Shown here: positions 38,864-47,680 of the stretch, in pieces
Layout: the number at the start of each line of letters is the position of its first letter
Position numbering within the stretch: position 1 is the first letter of the stretch
From: a virus
Lineage: Duplodnaviria > Caudoviricetes
IMG/VR virus record: IMGVR_UViG_3300021438_000016
Span: 1 to 61,337 of that record
DNA: 61,337 nucleotides
Direction: 5' to 3' (one strand)
Notes under the pieces: generated by a model
Database searches by the model: none
Told to the model about the DNA's origin: nothing
What the model saw: the letters and a program-made list of their open reading frames with translations, nothing else
Program-made: the position numbers and the translations under genes

Positions 38864-39259
38864 TTAGTTCACGCGGCCAATGCCACGGGGATCTTCAACA
38901 ACCGCTTCAATCGAGTCGTCATTAATTAGCCGAAACTCCCGGCCATGGATCTTGAACCGGGTGCCCGTGTTGGCGCGGCACATGACAAAATCACCCTTCT
39001 TACACCACGGACCGGTGGGGAACCGGGTGGTGTCGGAGTACGCCATGTCGCCTAGCTCGACCACGAAAAGGACGTTGGAGAGGAGCTGCTCGTGGTACAC
39101 AACTTGAGAGGGCTTGATAATCCCGCTCTCAAATTCCTCGTCAATGTCAGGCAATGTCACAAGGATCTTATAGCCTTTAGGCTGGGGTAGCTGGGTAGCT
39201 TTCTGTTCTTCGGTCTTATTTAGCAGCAACGATAGATCCACGGCGTCATTCATTCTCAA
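38864..39259 (-). CDS. groES: GroES/Cpn10-like co-chaperonin
   Basis: PKGYKILV...SGII...VVELG...KKGDFV...EFRLINDDSIEAVV. Confidence 0.8.
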   Translation of the reverse strand: MRMNDAVDLSLLLNKTEEQKATQLPQPKGYKILVTLPDIDEEFESGIIKPSQVVYHEQLLSNVLFVVELGDMAYSDTTRFPTGPWCKKGDFVMCRANTGTRFKIHGREFRLINDDSIEAVVEDPRGIGRVN

Positions 39260-39443
39260 ATTCCTTCATCCGATCAAAAAGTTCCTCAAGGTCTTGATTT
39301 GCTTGGAGTAGACCTTTGATGACTCCAACCGCTTCGCGGTACTCTGCAACGTCTTTAGCGCCACCAGAACTCAGGAAGTCCATGATGACCTCCCTCCTGT
39401 TCTGGTTGCGCTCTTGTAGGTAACGGAACATCCGTTCATCCAT
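39246..39443 (-). CDS. Small phage protein between portal and GroES
   Basis: 65 aa; EYREAVGVIKGL. Confidence 0.65.
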   Translation of the reverse strand: MDERMFRYLQERNQNRREVIMDFLSSGGAKDVAEYREAVGVIKGLLQANQDLEELFDRMKEFENE

Positions 39444-41822
39444 TTATTTCCCCGGTGGTCGTGGTGGTGCAGGTGGTGGACGATTAGCCTGTGCTTTGAC
39501 CTGTGCGGCCCGGATGTGCGCGTCAACCCCGATCCGGTCGCGCTCAAGCTGGAGCTTAGCCGCAGCAATCTGAGCGTCAGTCTGATCTTTCTGGGCCTTG
39601 CGCTGCACGTCTTGGGATTTAATCTGCAACTCTTGCTGCTGCATTTGGATGAGCGGATCTTGTGCCACTTGCTGCGCCTGTTGTTGAGCCGCCTGACCTT
39701 GGTGAATCTGAAGTAGCTGCTGGCTGGCCTGCGCGACCATCCGTGACAACTGAACCTCAACTTCTGGAGGCATCTCAGCATCTGGCGCTGGCATGTGCAC
39801 GCCCATCCGGTCCTCGATCTGTTTGCGGTATGAGAACCCAAGGTGTTCAGCGATGTGTGCTTGCATGGATGCCATCAACATCTGAGCCTGTGGATTCTGG
39901 CCCATCTGCTGCATGATCATCGGGTCGTGCATGAACGCGTTGTGCGCTGCAATATGAGCGTCGTGATCCTGATAGATGAACGCCTTGACGGGCTTACCCT
40001 TGAGCACGGACATATTCTCGCTGATCGGATCACGAGGCTTCTCGTCATCCTCGACCGGAACTAAGTCCTCGCCATTCTTAATACCAAGGATCTCGATCAT
40101 CTGCCGGTGCAGGTTTGGCAGGTTATAGATCTGGGGCGCTGTGCTTGCTAGTTGTATGACCGCCTGATACTGCATGATGCGTTGTGCCATCGTGCTGCTG
40201 TTGGGGTCGGACACGGGGATGATGTCCACCATGTCATAGTCAGACTGCTTGACCTTGCGATCAGACGTGAAGTCTGGCGTGTAGCTATACTCCGGAGGCG
40301 TATAGTCCCGAATGATGTTCTTGAGGAGCTTGAACTCCTCTTTCATCGAGAAATGCACCCGAGCTTGGACCGCAGACATGGTTTTGAGGGTGCGTTCTAA
40401 TAGAGCGAGCGTGGTTCCGACAGGTGCGTTGGCACTCATGTCGGAGATGTTCATATCACTAATAGCACCGAGGCGGCGACCTTCTTCCGTGATTTTGTCC
40501 AGCAGACCAGACAAAACTTGGCTAGGTTCCTTGTACGGCAGCGGCATTACGTTGTCTTTCAACGCCCCGCTAGGAATGTCCACGTCCCTAAACTCTCCGG
40601 GGGAGATGGGCGTGTCGTCGCCTTTGATCCGCAGTCCTCGGGTCTTCAGACCACCCGGCAGGTTGGAGAGAGTACCGGCGTCAACGAGTTGGCGAATTAA
40701 TGAGGTCCCCGCACGGGCGTAGCCCCCGATGATGTGAATAAGGCCCATGCCATACACCCCGAATCCGGGGATGTAGTTGTACTGCGCGAAATGCTGGCGT
40801 TTGAGTCGTTTAGGGTCATCCGGCTCCCAATTGCGTCGAATTGCTAGGACTTTTAGCGTCCCACGCTCGTATGTGATGATGTACGGCAGGGCAATCTCGT
40901 CAGGGTCTTCGTACCCCGGCAAGTTGTAGTCAATATGGACTTCGCACGTCTGATACCGGTCATCGTCGGTAATAGAATAGCCTTGCTCGTCGGCTTTCTT
41001 TTTCTCAATGTCAGTTGCGATATTGACAGGCTCGCCAAGCTCAATATCTCGGTAAAAACCCGCTACTTGGAGTTTGCGAATCTCGTTTTTTGTCTTACGC
41101 ATCATGTGCGTAACACGCTCAGCCGTCTGAATATTAGATGACCCATAGGGCATAATCAGGTCTTCAGCCGAGACGTATAGCGATACTTGGCGGTCTAATG
41201 ACGGATCAAAATAGACCTTTTTGAATGCGGCACCGGCAAGTCCGAGGCTAAACAGCATGCGCTCATGTTCTGAGCGATATTCCGTCATTTTCTCGGTCAA
41301 TTGGTAGTTCATGTCATCCCTGACACGATCTGCCGCTTCTTCCTTAATCTCGTCAATTTCACCAATAATCTGGGTTTTTACCGGCCCTTGAGCCGGAAAA
41401 GTCTCCATAATCGTCTCGGCTTGGAATCTGATAGCCGCTTCGGTCAATACGGTGGAAAATACCCCGCAAGCGCCATCCCACGGCTCGGTGCGCTGCTCAT
41501 ATTTGAGCCCAAGCACTTCCAATCCGCGCACATAGGTGTCCGCCCAGTCTTTGCGACTATTAATATCTGCCGTTACTAACTCGTCAATCTCGTCTGCAAT
41601 GAGGGAAAGCTCGCTTTCCGACATGTTTTCGGCCAAATTTGCGTCAAAATCCTCGTTTTCGGTGTCAATTTCACCTTCTCCGATGATAATTTCGACATCG
41701 GCGTCGTTTTCGTCTTCCAAATCTGGCAGCATAAGCTCAAAACCGGGCGAATCGAGGCTTTCGTCCTCAATTCCAGCCAATCCAGCCCCCAAACCAGTCG
41801 TATTCTCGATATTCACAGCCAT
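39444..41822 (-). CDS. Portal protein
   Basis: 792 aa directly after TerL; SRKDW, AAFKKVYFD, RQLVDAGTLSN, Q-rich barrel-like C-terminus. Confidence 0.88.
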   Translation of the reverse strand: MAVNIENTTGLGAGLAGIEDESLDSPGFELMLPDLEDENDADVEIIIGEGEIDTENEDFDANLAENMSESELSLIADEIDELVTADINSRKDWADTYVRGLEVLGLKYEQRTEPWDGACGVFSTVLTEAAIRFQAETIMETFPAQGPVKTQIIGEIDEIKEEAADRVRDDMNYQLTEKMTEYRSEHERMLFSLGLAGAAFKKVYFDPSLDRQVSLYVSAEDLIMPYGSSNIQTAERVTHMMRKTKNEIRKLQVAGFYRDIELGEPVNIATDIEKKKADEQGYSITDDDRYQTCEVHIDYNLPGYEDPDEIALPYIITYERGTLKVLAIRRNWEPDDPKRLKRQHFAQYNYIPGFGVYGMGLIHIIGGYARAGTSLIRQLVDAGTLSNLPGGLKTRGLRIKGDDTPISPGEFRDVDIPSGALKDNVMPLPYKEPSQVLSGLLDKITEEGRRLGAISDMNISDMSANAPVGTTLALLERTLKTMSAVQARVHFSMKEEFKLLKNIIRDYTPPEYSYTPDFTSDRKVKQSDYDMVDIIPVSDPNSSTMAQRIMQYQAVIQLASTAPQIYNLPNLHRQMIEILGIKNGEDLVPVEDDEKPRDPISENMSVLKGKPVKAFIYQDHDAHIAAHNAFMHDPMIMQQMGQNPQAQMLMASMQAHIAEHLGFSYRKQIEDRMGVHMPAPDAEMPPEVEVQLSRMVAQASQQLLQIHQGQAAQQQAQQVAQDPLIQMQQQELQIKSQDVQRKAQKDQTDAQIAAAKLQLERDRIGVDAHIRAAQVKAQANRPPPAPPRPPGK

Positions 41823-41831
41823 TTTTAGCCT

Positions 41832-43364
41832 TTAGTAGTACGCTAAGCGGCGGCGAGACTTGAAATACTCTTCAGCATCCTTCTCGTCGCTCGGTAATTG
41901 AATAAATCCACCTTGACGGAACCGCATCAGGGCCTGCGTGCAGGAGTCTACCAAGTCGTCGTTTTCCCCAGCAGGGAAAGATGCAAATTCCTCGATAACT
42001 TCCTCAGCAAACCGGGTCTGCGGGGCCCATATTACGCCACTTGCGAACAAATCTGCTATCGAATTGACGCGAGCAATCTTGTCGTTACTCGCCGCCCGTG
42101 AACCTCTTGACGGAGTATACTCCGAAAGCATGACCCCCATGCTACGCAACTCTTGAATCAGAGGGGTTCCTGACGCCTTTGCCTCGATGATGCAGGTGTC
42201 TGGGTTGTACTCTTTATATAGCTCTAGTGCTTTTCGCTTTAAATCGGGAAAGTCTATCCGCGCTTTGAACGCATCAAGCAGGATGAGGTTTGGCATCCTA
42301 TCGCCGTGCTCATTCTCACGATTAAACACGCCCCACGTGGTGCAGGCAGAGTAGTCGGCCCGCTCCTTGGCTGAGAACGCGCAGTCCCACGACTGTATAA
42401 TATAGTCAACATCTGGTGGGTCTTCCTTCTCCCACTCCTTCCACCATTCCCTCTTAATAATAGAGCCCCCGGCACCGGAGGGCTGCTGCATGTACTGCGC
42501 GTCCCACTTGTGGACCGGCAACTCGTCTTTAAGGGCCTGAAGTTCTTTTAGAGACCAGAACTGAGGCCATAAGGGTTTACCCGAGGGCATGATGGCAGGT
42601 AGCTCGATCACCTCCCACTCCTCACCGCCACGGGTGAGCGAACTCTTGATGACCTGCGCCGTGAGGTCGCGCTTAGACCAGCGCGTCATCACTATAATAA
42701 TAGAGCCCCCCGGTTGCAGACGCTGGCGCGGCCCGGACGTGTACCACTCGTACACCCTGTCGTAGACCTCACGGTTGGTCTCCCCTAGGGCAGCTTCCTG
42801 CTCAGAATGGGGGTCATCAATAATAAGCAGATCCGCACCCTTACCGGTGACGGCACCTCCAACCCCGATAGCAAAATAGTCGCCTCCCTTATTGGTGCTC
42901 CACCGCCCAGCAGCCTTGGAATCTGCTTGGAGGGAGACTTCGGGAAAAATAGTCTTGTATGCGTCAGAGTCAACAAGGTTTCGCACCTTGCGACCAAAGC
43001 CGGTGGCTAGCTCCGACGTGTGAGAAGTCTGGATGACTTTTTTCTCTGGATAGCGACCGAGGAACCATGCAGGTAGTAGGAAGGAGGCGAATTCGGATTT
43101 TGTGTGCCGTGGCGGCATGTTGATGATGACCCTCTTGATTTCGCCCTCGGCTACTTTCTCGAATGCATCAGCCATGATCCTGTGATGCTTGCCATGGATA
43201 AACCCCGGCCACATCTCTTGCACAAACGACAAAAAATCTGACTTGCAACCCTCAACCTTGCGGCGACGGTTTAATTCCTGCAACAGGGAAGACGCCTTCT
43301 CCCGAACCTCCGGCGGCATGGCAGCGAGTGCTGCCTGTATTGCAACGGGGTCGAGATTAAGCAC
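41832..43364 (-). CDS. terL: Terminase large subunit
   Basis: INMPPRHTKS, TGKGADLLIIDDP, VMTRW, SWDCA, IIEAKASG, NDDLVDS. Confidence 0.95.
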   Translation of the reverse strand: MLNLDPVAIQAALAAMPPEVREKASSLLQELNRRRKVEGCKSDFLSFVQEMWPGFIHGKHHRIMADAFEKVAEGEIKRVIINMPPRHTKSEFASFLLPAWFLGRYPEKKVIQTSHTSELATGFGRKVRNLVDSDAYKTIFPEVSLQADSKAAGRWSTNKGGDYFAIGVGGAVTGKGADLLIIDDPHSEQEAALGETNREVYDRVYEWYTSGPRQRLQPGGSIIIVMTRWSKRDLTAQVIKSSLTRGGEEWEVIELPAIMPSGKPLWPQFWSLKELQALKDELPVHKWDAQYMQQPSGAGGSIIKREWWKEWEKEDPPDVDYIIQSWDCAFSAKERADYSACTTWGVFNRENEHGDRMPNLILLDAFKARIDFPDLKRKALELYKEYNPDTCIIEAKASGTPLIQELRSMGVMLSEYTPSRGSRAASNDKIARVNSIADLFASGVIWAPQTRFAEEVIEEFASFPAGENDDLVDSCTQALMRFRQGGFIQLPSDEKDAEEYFKSRRRLAYY

Positions 43365-43390
43365 AGAAGAAAAAAGAAGAAAAATAAAAA

Positions 43391-43873
43391 TTAAGGAGAA
43401 TCAAACGAGTCCTCCTCTTCCGGCTCGCTAATTACAGCGTCCTCAATCTCTTCAACCGGCTGAACCTCCTGCACGTACTTGCTGAAGTACGCCTCAAGCT
43501 CTTTCTCAAGATCCCGAGTGGTCTTGTCCTTAATAGTGATCTCAGTGCGGTCGGCAAACAGTCCGACATCGGCAACTTTACCCAACAACTCCAGCGCCTT
43601 GATCCGGATCTTCACGTCCGGGTCGTCCGTCAACTCCAGCAGTCGGTTGGTTGCGTAATACCGGATCTGGGCGGGGTCGTCCACCACCCGTTTGTCGTAA
43701 GCATTTAGCAGGTTAGAGATCTGGCCCAGTGGCCCACTGGAGATTTTGGTGGGGAGCGCTTGGGGGATTTGAGGCAGTGGTGCCGTAAACCCCGGCTCGA
43801 ACAGACTCTCTTGCGGCGGTGTCTCGCTGCAAGCTGCTTTGGCATTTGCAAAGATTGTGCTGAAATCAGACAA
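43391..43873 (-). CDS. Putative terminase small subunit
   Basis: Upstream of TerL; RIKALELLGK..VGLF motif; start codon uncertain (TTG). Confidence 0.6.
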   Translation of the reverse strand: MSDFSTIFANAKAACSETPPQESLFEPGFTAPLPQIPQALPTKISSGPLGQISNLLNAYDKRVVDDPAQIRYYATNRLLELTDDPDVKIRIKALELLGKVADVGLFADRTEITIKDKTTRDLEKELEAYFSKYVQEVQPVEEIEDAVISEPEEEDSFDSP

Positions 43874-43928
43874 TGTAAAGGGAAGAAGTTATGGCAAAAA
43901 TATATACCCCCCGGGGGGTGTGTTGGAA

Positions 43929-43957
43929 ATGATAAGGGGGTGGGTGTGCAATGTCAA
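43929..43957 (-). promoter_or_regulatory. Sigma70-like promoter facing the terminase/late block
   Basis: Minus strand TTGACA-17 bp-TATCAT. Confidence 0.65.
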
Positions 43958-44102
43958 GAAATAGAGGTGGGGGACGAAAGTTGGGAAGTGAGGGATTGGA
44001 TGTGCAAATTAGTATAGTAGCTGAGCCGCGCTCGCCCGGTACTTATTCGGGCCTCCCCGGGTATAGTGGGGTCCGCCAACCCTGTAAAACTTTTACAGAG
44101 AC

Positions 44103-44131
44103 TTGACAATGTACAGCGTTTGCCTGATAAT
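44103..44131 (+). promoter_or_regulatory. Sigma70-like early promoter
   Basis: TTGACA-17 bp-GATAAT; palindrome copy 6 bp upstream of the -35 box. Confidence 0.75.
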
Positions 44132-44176
44132 TCACTCACTCCAGCGATTTTGCTGGGGCATCAAAAGGAACCTATC

Positions 44177-44878
44177 ATGGCAAAAACGCCAATTCTCGCA
44201 GTTACCCTCAACGCTACTGAGGCCGCTAAACTCACCGAGGCCGTTAAGGCCGATCAGTCCGCCCGTTCGCTGGCTGGGGAAGTCGGGGTTATGTACGTGA
44301 AGCGCACCGGCCACAAGGTCTGGGACTCGTCCCTGCCACTATATGATCACTTCGCCACCGCAGTGTCGGACGTGATCCTCAAGGCCTCGCCCACGTACTC
44401 AAACGTCCGCATGATGACCAAGTATGCCCGGGACTCTGCACAAGCGTGGTTTATCGCGGAGGGTGATGCGGACCTCAAGGCCGCACGTGATGCGGCCGAT
44501 AAGGCCAAACTTGACGCGAAGGCCTTGGACGCAAAGGTCGCGGAGGCCGAGCGTCAAACCAAACGCGAGGACATCACGGTCGCGGAGGTCAAGGTTGCCA
44601 AGGCCGCACTAGCGGAGGCCAAGGCCGAACGCGGGCTGGCAAAGGCCACAGCGTCTCGACTGGCTGGAGAGTACGCCATGGCGTACGAAACCAAGTTTCC
44701 AGCCAAGGTCGTCGTGATGTCCAAACAGGACAAGATCGATAACTTCGTGAAGGCCGTCAAGTCTATCAAGGCCACGTTCGAAGCGCTGGAGGATGCCAGC
44801 GTGGACAAGTACGTGCATGAGGCCACGACGGCCTACCTTGAGAAAATGAAGCGCTGGACGGAAGTTAAGGCCAAGTAA
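44177..44878 (+). CDS. Ala/Lys-rich helical early protein (233 aa)
   Basis: Start moved to MAKTPIL, which has an AAGGA RBS; own promoter and terminator. Confidence 0.75.
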   Translation: MAKTPILAVTLNATEAAKLTEAVKADQSARSLAGEVGVMYVKRTGHKVWDSSLPLYDHFATAVSDVILKASPTYSNVRMMTKYARDSAQAWFIAEGDADLKAARDAADKAKLDAKALDAKVAEAERQTKREDITVAEVKVAKAALAEAKAERGLAKATASRLAGEYAMAYETKFPAKVVVMSKQDKIDNFVKAVKSIKATFEALEDASVDKYVHEATTAYLEKMKRWTEVKAK

Positions 44879-44892
44879 CCTTCCCCACCCCT

Positions 44893-44925
44893 AAAAACCC
44901 CCGGAGAAATCCGGGGGTTTTTTTT
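44893..44925. terminator. Bidirectional intrinsic terminator
   Basis: AAAAACCCCCGGA-GAAA-TCCGGGGGTTTTTTTT. Confidence 0.9.
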
Positions 44926-44986
44926 CGCCCGTGATTCTGGTGAATCACCAGTTCCGCGCTCACTCTCGCGCGCTTGCGTAAAAGTT

Positions 44987-45337
44987 TTACGCGAAGGTCT
45001 CAATGGCTACGGGTGTGATCTTCGCACCGTCTGCGGTGATCTCGTATATGCAGTGGCTAGCGGTGCCCGCGCAGTATATCCACCACACTCGCCTAGCCGC
45101 ACCAGATAGCGGGGCTTCTAAAAGTTTTTTGTAGTGTCGGTATGGCTTCGACGTAGACCCGCTTCGGGTACTTACAAGTTTTACCTGCACTCCGACGGTA
45201 GACTCGCCCTTAGATGCAACGATGTCAAAAACACCTCTGGACTTCGGAGCACGCCACACCGAGTAGCCCATGTCGCGGAAGATTTTAGCAACGATGGCCT
45301 CTCCGCGATTCCCAAGTCTCATTTTATTGGTCTGCAT
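44987..45337 (-). CDS. PD-(D/E)xK nuclease, Hjc-like Holliday junction resolvase fold
   Basis: GNRGE...GYSVWRAPKSRGVFDIVA...VQVK. Confidence 0.7.
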   Translation of the reverse strand: MQTNKMRLGNRGEAIVAKIFRDMGYSVWRAPKSRGVFDIVASKGESTVGVQVKLVSTRSGSTSKPYRHYKKLLEAPLSGAARRVWWIYCAGTASHCIYEITADGAKITPVAIETFA

Positions 45338-45370
45338 TGCTTCGTACCCTACGCTGTCTGCTACGCAACC

Positions 45371-45399
45371 AGCGTACCTGAAGATGTGCTAGAAGTCAA
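45371..45399 (-). promoter_or_regulatory. Sigma70-like promoter for the Hjc-like gene
   Basis: Minus strand TTGACT-17 bp-TACGCT. Confidence 0.5.
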
Positions 45400-45489
45400 G
45401 CAAAAATACCCCGTCAGTTGCGTATACCCCCAAAATGCTCTGAAACCCGCACCAGCACTGGGTTTCGCAGGGGGAGGGAGGGAGGGGTG

Positions 45490-45825
45490 TGTGTTCCAAC
45501 TGTTCTGTATGTTCTATTAATGTTCTATATCTATATCTATATCTATCTAGTATCTACGCGGGTTCTAGCCTTTTGTTCTAGGGTTCGGCTTTTACCCCCC
45601 CAAAACGACGAAAGGGAAAATTGGTCGGAGAAAAACGATCGTGCTAATTTTTTTAGCTTGTTTCTTCATTGTCTAACTTCCGCTTTCCCCAAATGACCAT
45701 TTTTTACCCGAACCTTAGAACCCTAGAACAACTTGACACCGTAAAGCCGCTAACCCGCGCCGTTCCTAGGCCCTCCAAAAAACACCCCCTAACACTTCGA
45801 ACATAGCCAAGAACATAGGGAACAC
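45490..45825. repeat. Non-coding region with opposed GTTC/GAAC repeat arrays (candidate origin)
   Basis: GTTC cluster 45493-45586, (TATATC)n run, GAAC cluster 45710-45823; perfect 14-bp inverted repeat 45573-45586/45718-45731. Confidence 0.6.
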
Positions 45826-45834
45826 AATTCAGGT

Positions 45835-45863
45835 TTGACTTTTTTACGGAGGCCTGATACACT
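45835..45863 (+). promoter_or_regulatory. Sigma70-like promoter
   Basis: TTGACT-17 bp-TACACT with extended -10 TG. Confidence 0.6.
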
Positions 45864-45913
45864 AACCCTTCCTTAACCCAGCCGTATCCCAGCGGCGCAT
45901 CGGAGACTGCCAA

Positions 45914-46387
45914 ATGGCACCCACTGCCAAGACCCACACCGTAACCGACCTCCCTCCAAACGTATCCAAGTACATCGACGTGCAGGAAAAAGACGCAAGC
46001 TCCCCCAAGTGGAGCGACCACTGGATCTGGACTGGCGTGTACCACTCGGACGGAATGCCACTCATCGGAAGCAAGACGGCCCATAGCGTTATCTACCGCT
46101 ACCTCAACCCTGAGATAGCAAAACTCGACGGGCGCATCCTGCGCCAGTGCGGAGATAAACGGTGTGTGAACCCTGCCCACATGCGGTACCCCATGCACGA
46201 GGGCCCGCTGAAGCTAAGCAAGTTAGACCCTGCCGTACGTAAGGCGTGGTTAGGCAGACCCTCAGGCTCCAGCGTGACCATCGCGCAGATAGAGAAGGAG
46301 CATGAAGAAAGTACCCCAGCTATCGTAAAAGTTTTACAAAGGATCGCAGAGGCGTTGGAGGAGGCAAACAAACTAGCAAGTAAGTAG
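45914..46387 (+). CDS. HNH-like protein, catalytic His apparently lost
   Basis: WIWTG...AHSVIY...ILRQCGDKRCVNPAHM. Confidence 0.7.
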   Translation: MAPTAKTHTVTDLPPNVSKYIDVQEKDASSPKWSDHWIWTGVYHSDGMPLIGSKTAHSVIYRYLNPEIAKLDGRILRQCGDKRCVNPAHMRYPMHEGPLKLSKLDPAVRKAWLGRPSGSSVTIAQIEKEHEESTPAIVKVLQRIAEALEEANKLASK

Positions 46388-46427
46388 GAAGGAGAGGAAG
46401 GGGTGGGAAGGACGTTCTTACCCCAAG

Positions 46428-46606
46428 TAAAAACTTGAGACTGCAAAGCAGTCCCTATGCCATAAAAACACAAAAATAACCCACCTAAAAACTTGACAAA
46501 GTATATTCTTTGTGGTATAATGACCGTAGGTCATGTGGTGTTGTTCAGCCGCATGACCGAGGGGCAATCCCGCCCCGACGTAGCGTAAAAATTTTACAGA
46601 AGAGGT
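46428..46606 (+). promoter_or_regulatory. Consensus sigma70 promoter cassette, copy 1
   Basis: TTGACA(46493)-17-TATAAT(46516) with extended TG; flanking hairpins; palindrome; AGAGG RBS. Confidence 0.85.
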
Positions 46607-46611
46607 GTGAG

Positions 46612-46713
46612 ATGAGTGCTGAGAGAGTGATGAACTGGGTAGCCGCGTTTTGTGTGGGCTACGTAATCGGCGTGTCAATCGCCGCGTTGGTAATCTTTTA
46701 TTGGAGAGGGTGA
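46612..46713 (+). CDS. Small single-TM protein (33 aa)
   Basis: MSAERVMNWVAAFCVGYVIGVSIAALVIFYWRG, GAGG RBS. Confidence 0.6.
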   Translation: MSAERVMNWVAAFCVGYVIGVSIAALVIFYWRG

Positions 46714-46714
46714 G

Positions 46715-46900
46715 ATGAGAATTAACGGTTGGTCAATCGTGGATTCCCCTGCGGGGGTGTCGGTGCGGTACGAGACGCGTGACCCGGAGATATGTTTCCG
46801 GGTTGCTAATGACATGATCATCATTACGATCTACAAAAACTATGAGGACGACACGCCTGTAACTTTGACTGTGCCACTAGAGATGGAAGGGAGCGAGTGA
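46715..46900 (+). CDS. Hypothetical protein
   Basis: 61 aa, GAGG RBS, tight packing. Confidence 0.6.
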   Translation: MRINGWSIVDSPAGVSVRYETRDPEICFRVANDMIIITIYKNYEDDTPVTLTVPLEMEGSE

Positions 46901-47091
46901 TGGACAAGAACGAGGAATACGCCATGAGGCGCGTGTTAATTGCAAAAGCCGTTTTGAAGATCGTGCAGGACATTCAGAAAAATCACTACGATGCCATCGA
47001 GACTGTGCTTGCTTGGCATTCAACCGAAGATCTTGAAGCGTTCATTGAGTACGACAACCCCCCAACGAGGACTAAAGAAAATGCTAGTTAA
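46897..47091 (+). CDS. Hypothetical protein
   Basis: 64 aa, GGAG RBS, GTGA overlap. Confidence 0.6.
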   Translation: MMDKNEEYAMRRVLIAKAVLKIVQDIQKNHYDAIETVLAWHSTEDLEAFIEYDNPPTRTKENAS

Positions 47092-47287
47092 AAACGACGA
47101 CGGACAGATGGCGATCCGCAAGGACTGGGGACCGACACTGATCGGGATCGGATACACACGCCCCGGCCCAAAGAACTGCGCGGTCATATCGTGGGACATG
47201 GAGAGGTTGCAGACCAGTCTCCTGCTACGGCACAAGGCACCGATGCGGACCCGCTTAGTAAAACTTTTACGGTTTGGGAGAGTGTGA
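47081..47287 (+). CDS. Hypothetical protein
   Basis: MLVKNDDGQ...DMERLQTSLL; fills the gap between coupled genes. Confidence 0.55.
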   Translation: MLVKNDDGQMAIRKDWGPTLIGIGYTRPGPKNCAVISWDMERLQTSLLLRHKAPMRTRLVKLLRFGRV

Positions 47288-47514
47288 TGGATGGGTACAC
47301 GGTAGAAGAGTTTGAGGCGATGATGAAGTTGATGGGTACGCAGGGGATCTACAACACGGCAGTTGCCAACGGGTGGGCAAAGCCCCCTCTTATCCTGACA
47401 CCGCAAGAAAGGATGATGCTGGTCAATCAGTATCGTGCAAACAAGGACATCCCTGCATATTTTTTCAACCTCGGAGATCAGGGCAAGTGGGGAGAAAAGC
47501 GTGGAGAAGAGTGA
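47284..47514 (+). CDS. GYTxEEF-family mini-protein 1
   Basis: MDGYTVEEFEAMMKLMG...LTPQERMMLVNQYR; GGAG RBS. Confidence 0.7.
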   Translation: MMDGYTVEEFEAMMKLMGTQGIYNTAVANGWAKPPLILTPQERMMLVNQYRANKDIPAYFFNLGDQGKWGEKRGEE

Positions 47515-47680
47515 AGAGGTCACCGGCTACACCGAAGAGGAGTTCAGGGCGATAGCCACGTTGATGGGGATAGGTACTTCTGTAAAGAACGTGTGGGTTG
47601 AGACGGAACCCATGACGCCTGAGTACAGGTTCAAGTTAATCCAAGCATATAGGAGGGTGTTAGAAAGTGGAGACTACTGA
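47501..47680 (+). CDS. GYTxEEF-family mini-protein 2
   Basis: GYTEEEFRAIATLMG...MTPEYRFKLIQAYR; GTG start with GGAG RBS. Confidence 0.7.
   Translation: MEKSEEVTGYTEEEFRAIATLMGIGTSVKNVWVETEPMTPEYRFKLIQAYRRVLESGDY

Noticed and set aside
44082-44098. LexA SOS box, NtcA site or matS as the identity of the palindrome
   Set aside because: Spacing is CTGT-N9-ACAG (LexA needs N8) and GTA-N7-TAC (NtcA needs N8); the core differs from matS GTGACRNYGTCAC
45511-45525. Alphaproteobacterial LexA box GTTC-N7-GTTC
   Set aside because: A single match within a GTTC array of irregular spacing; better explained as part of that array
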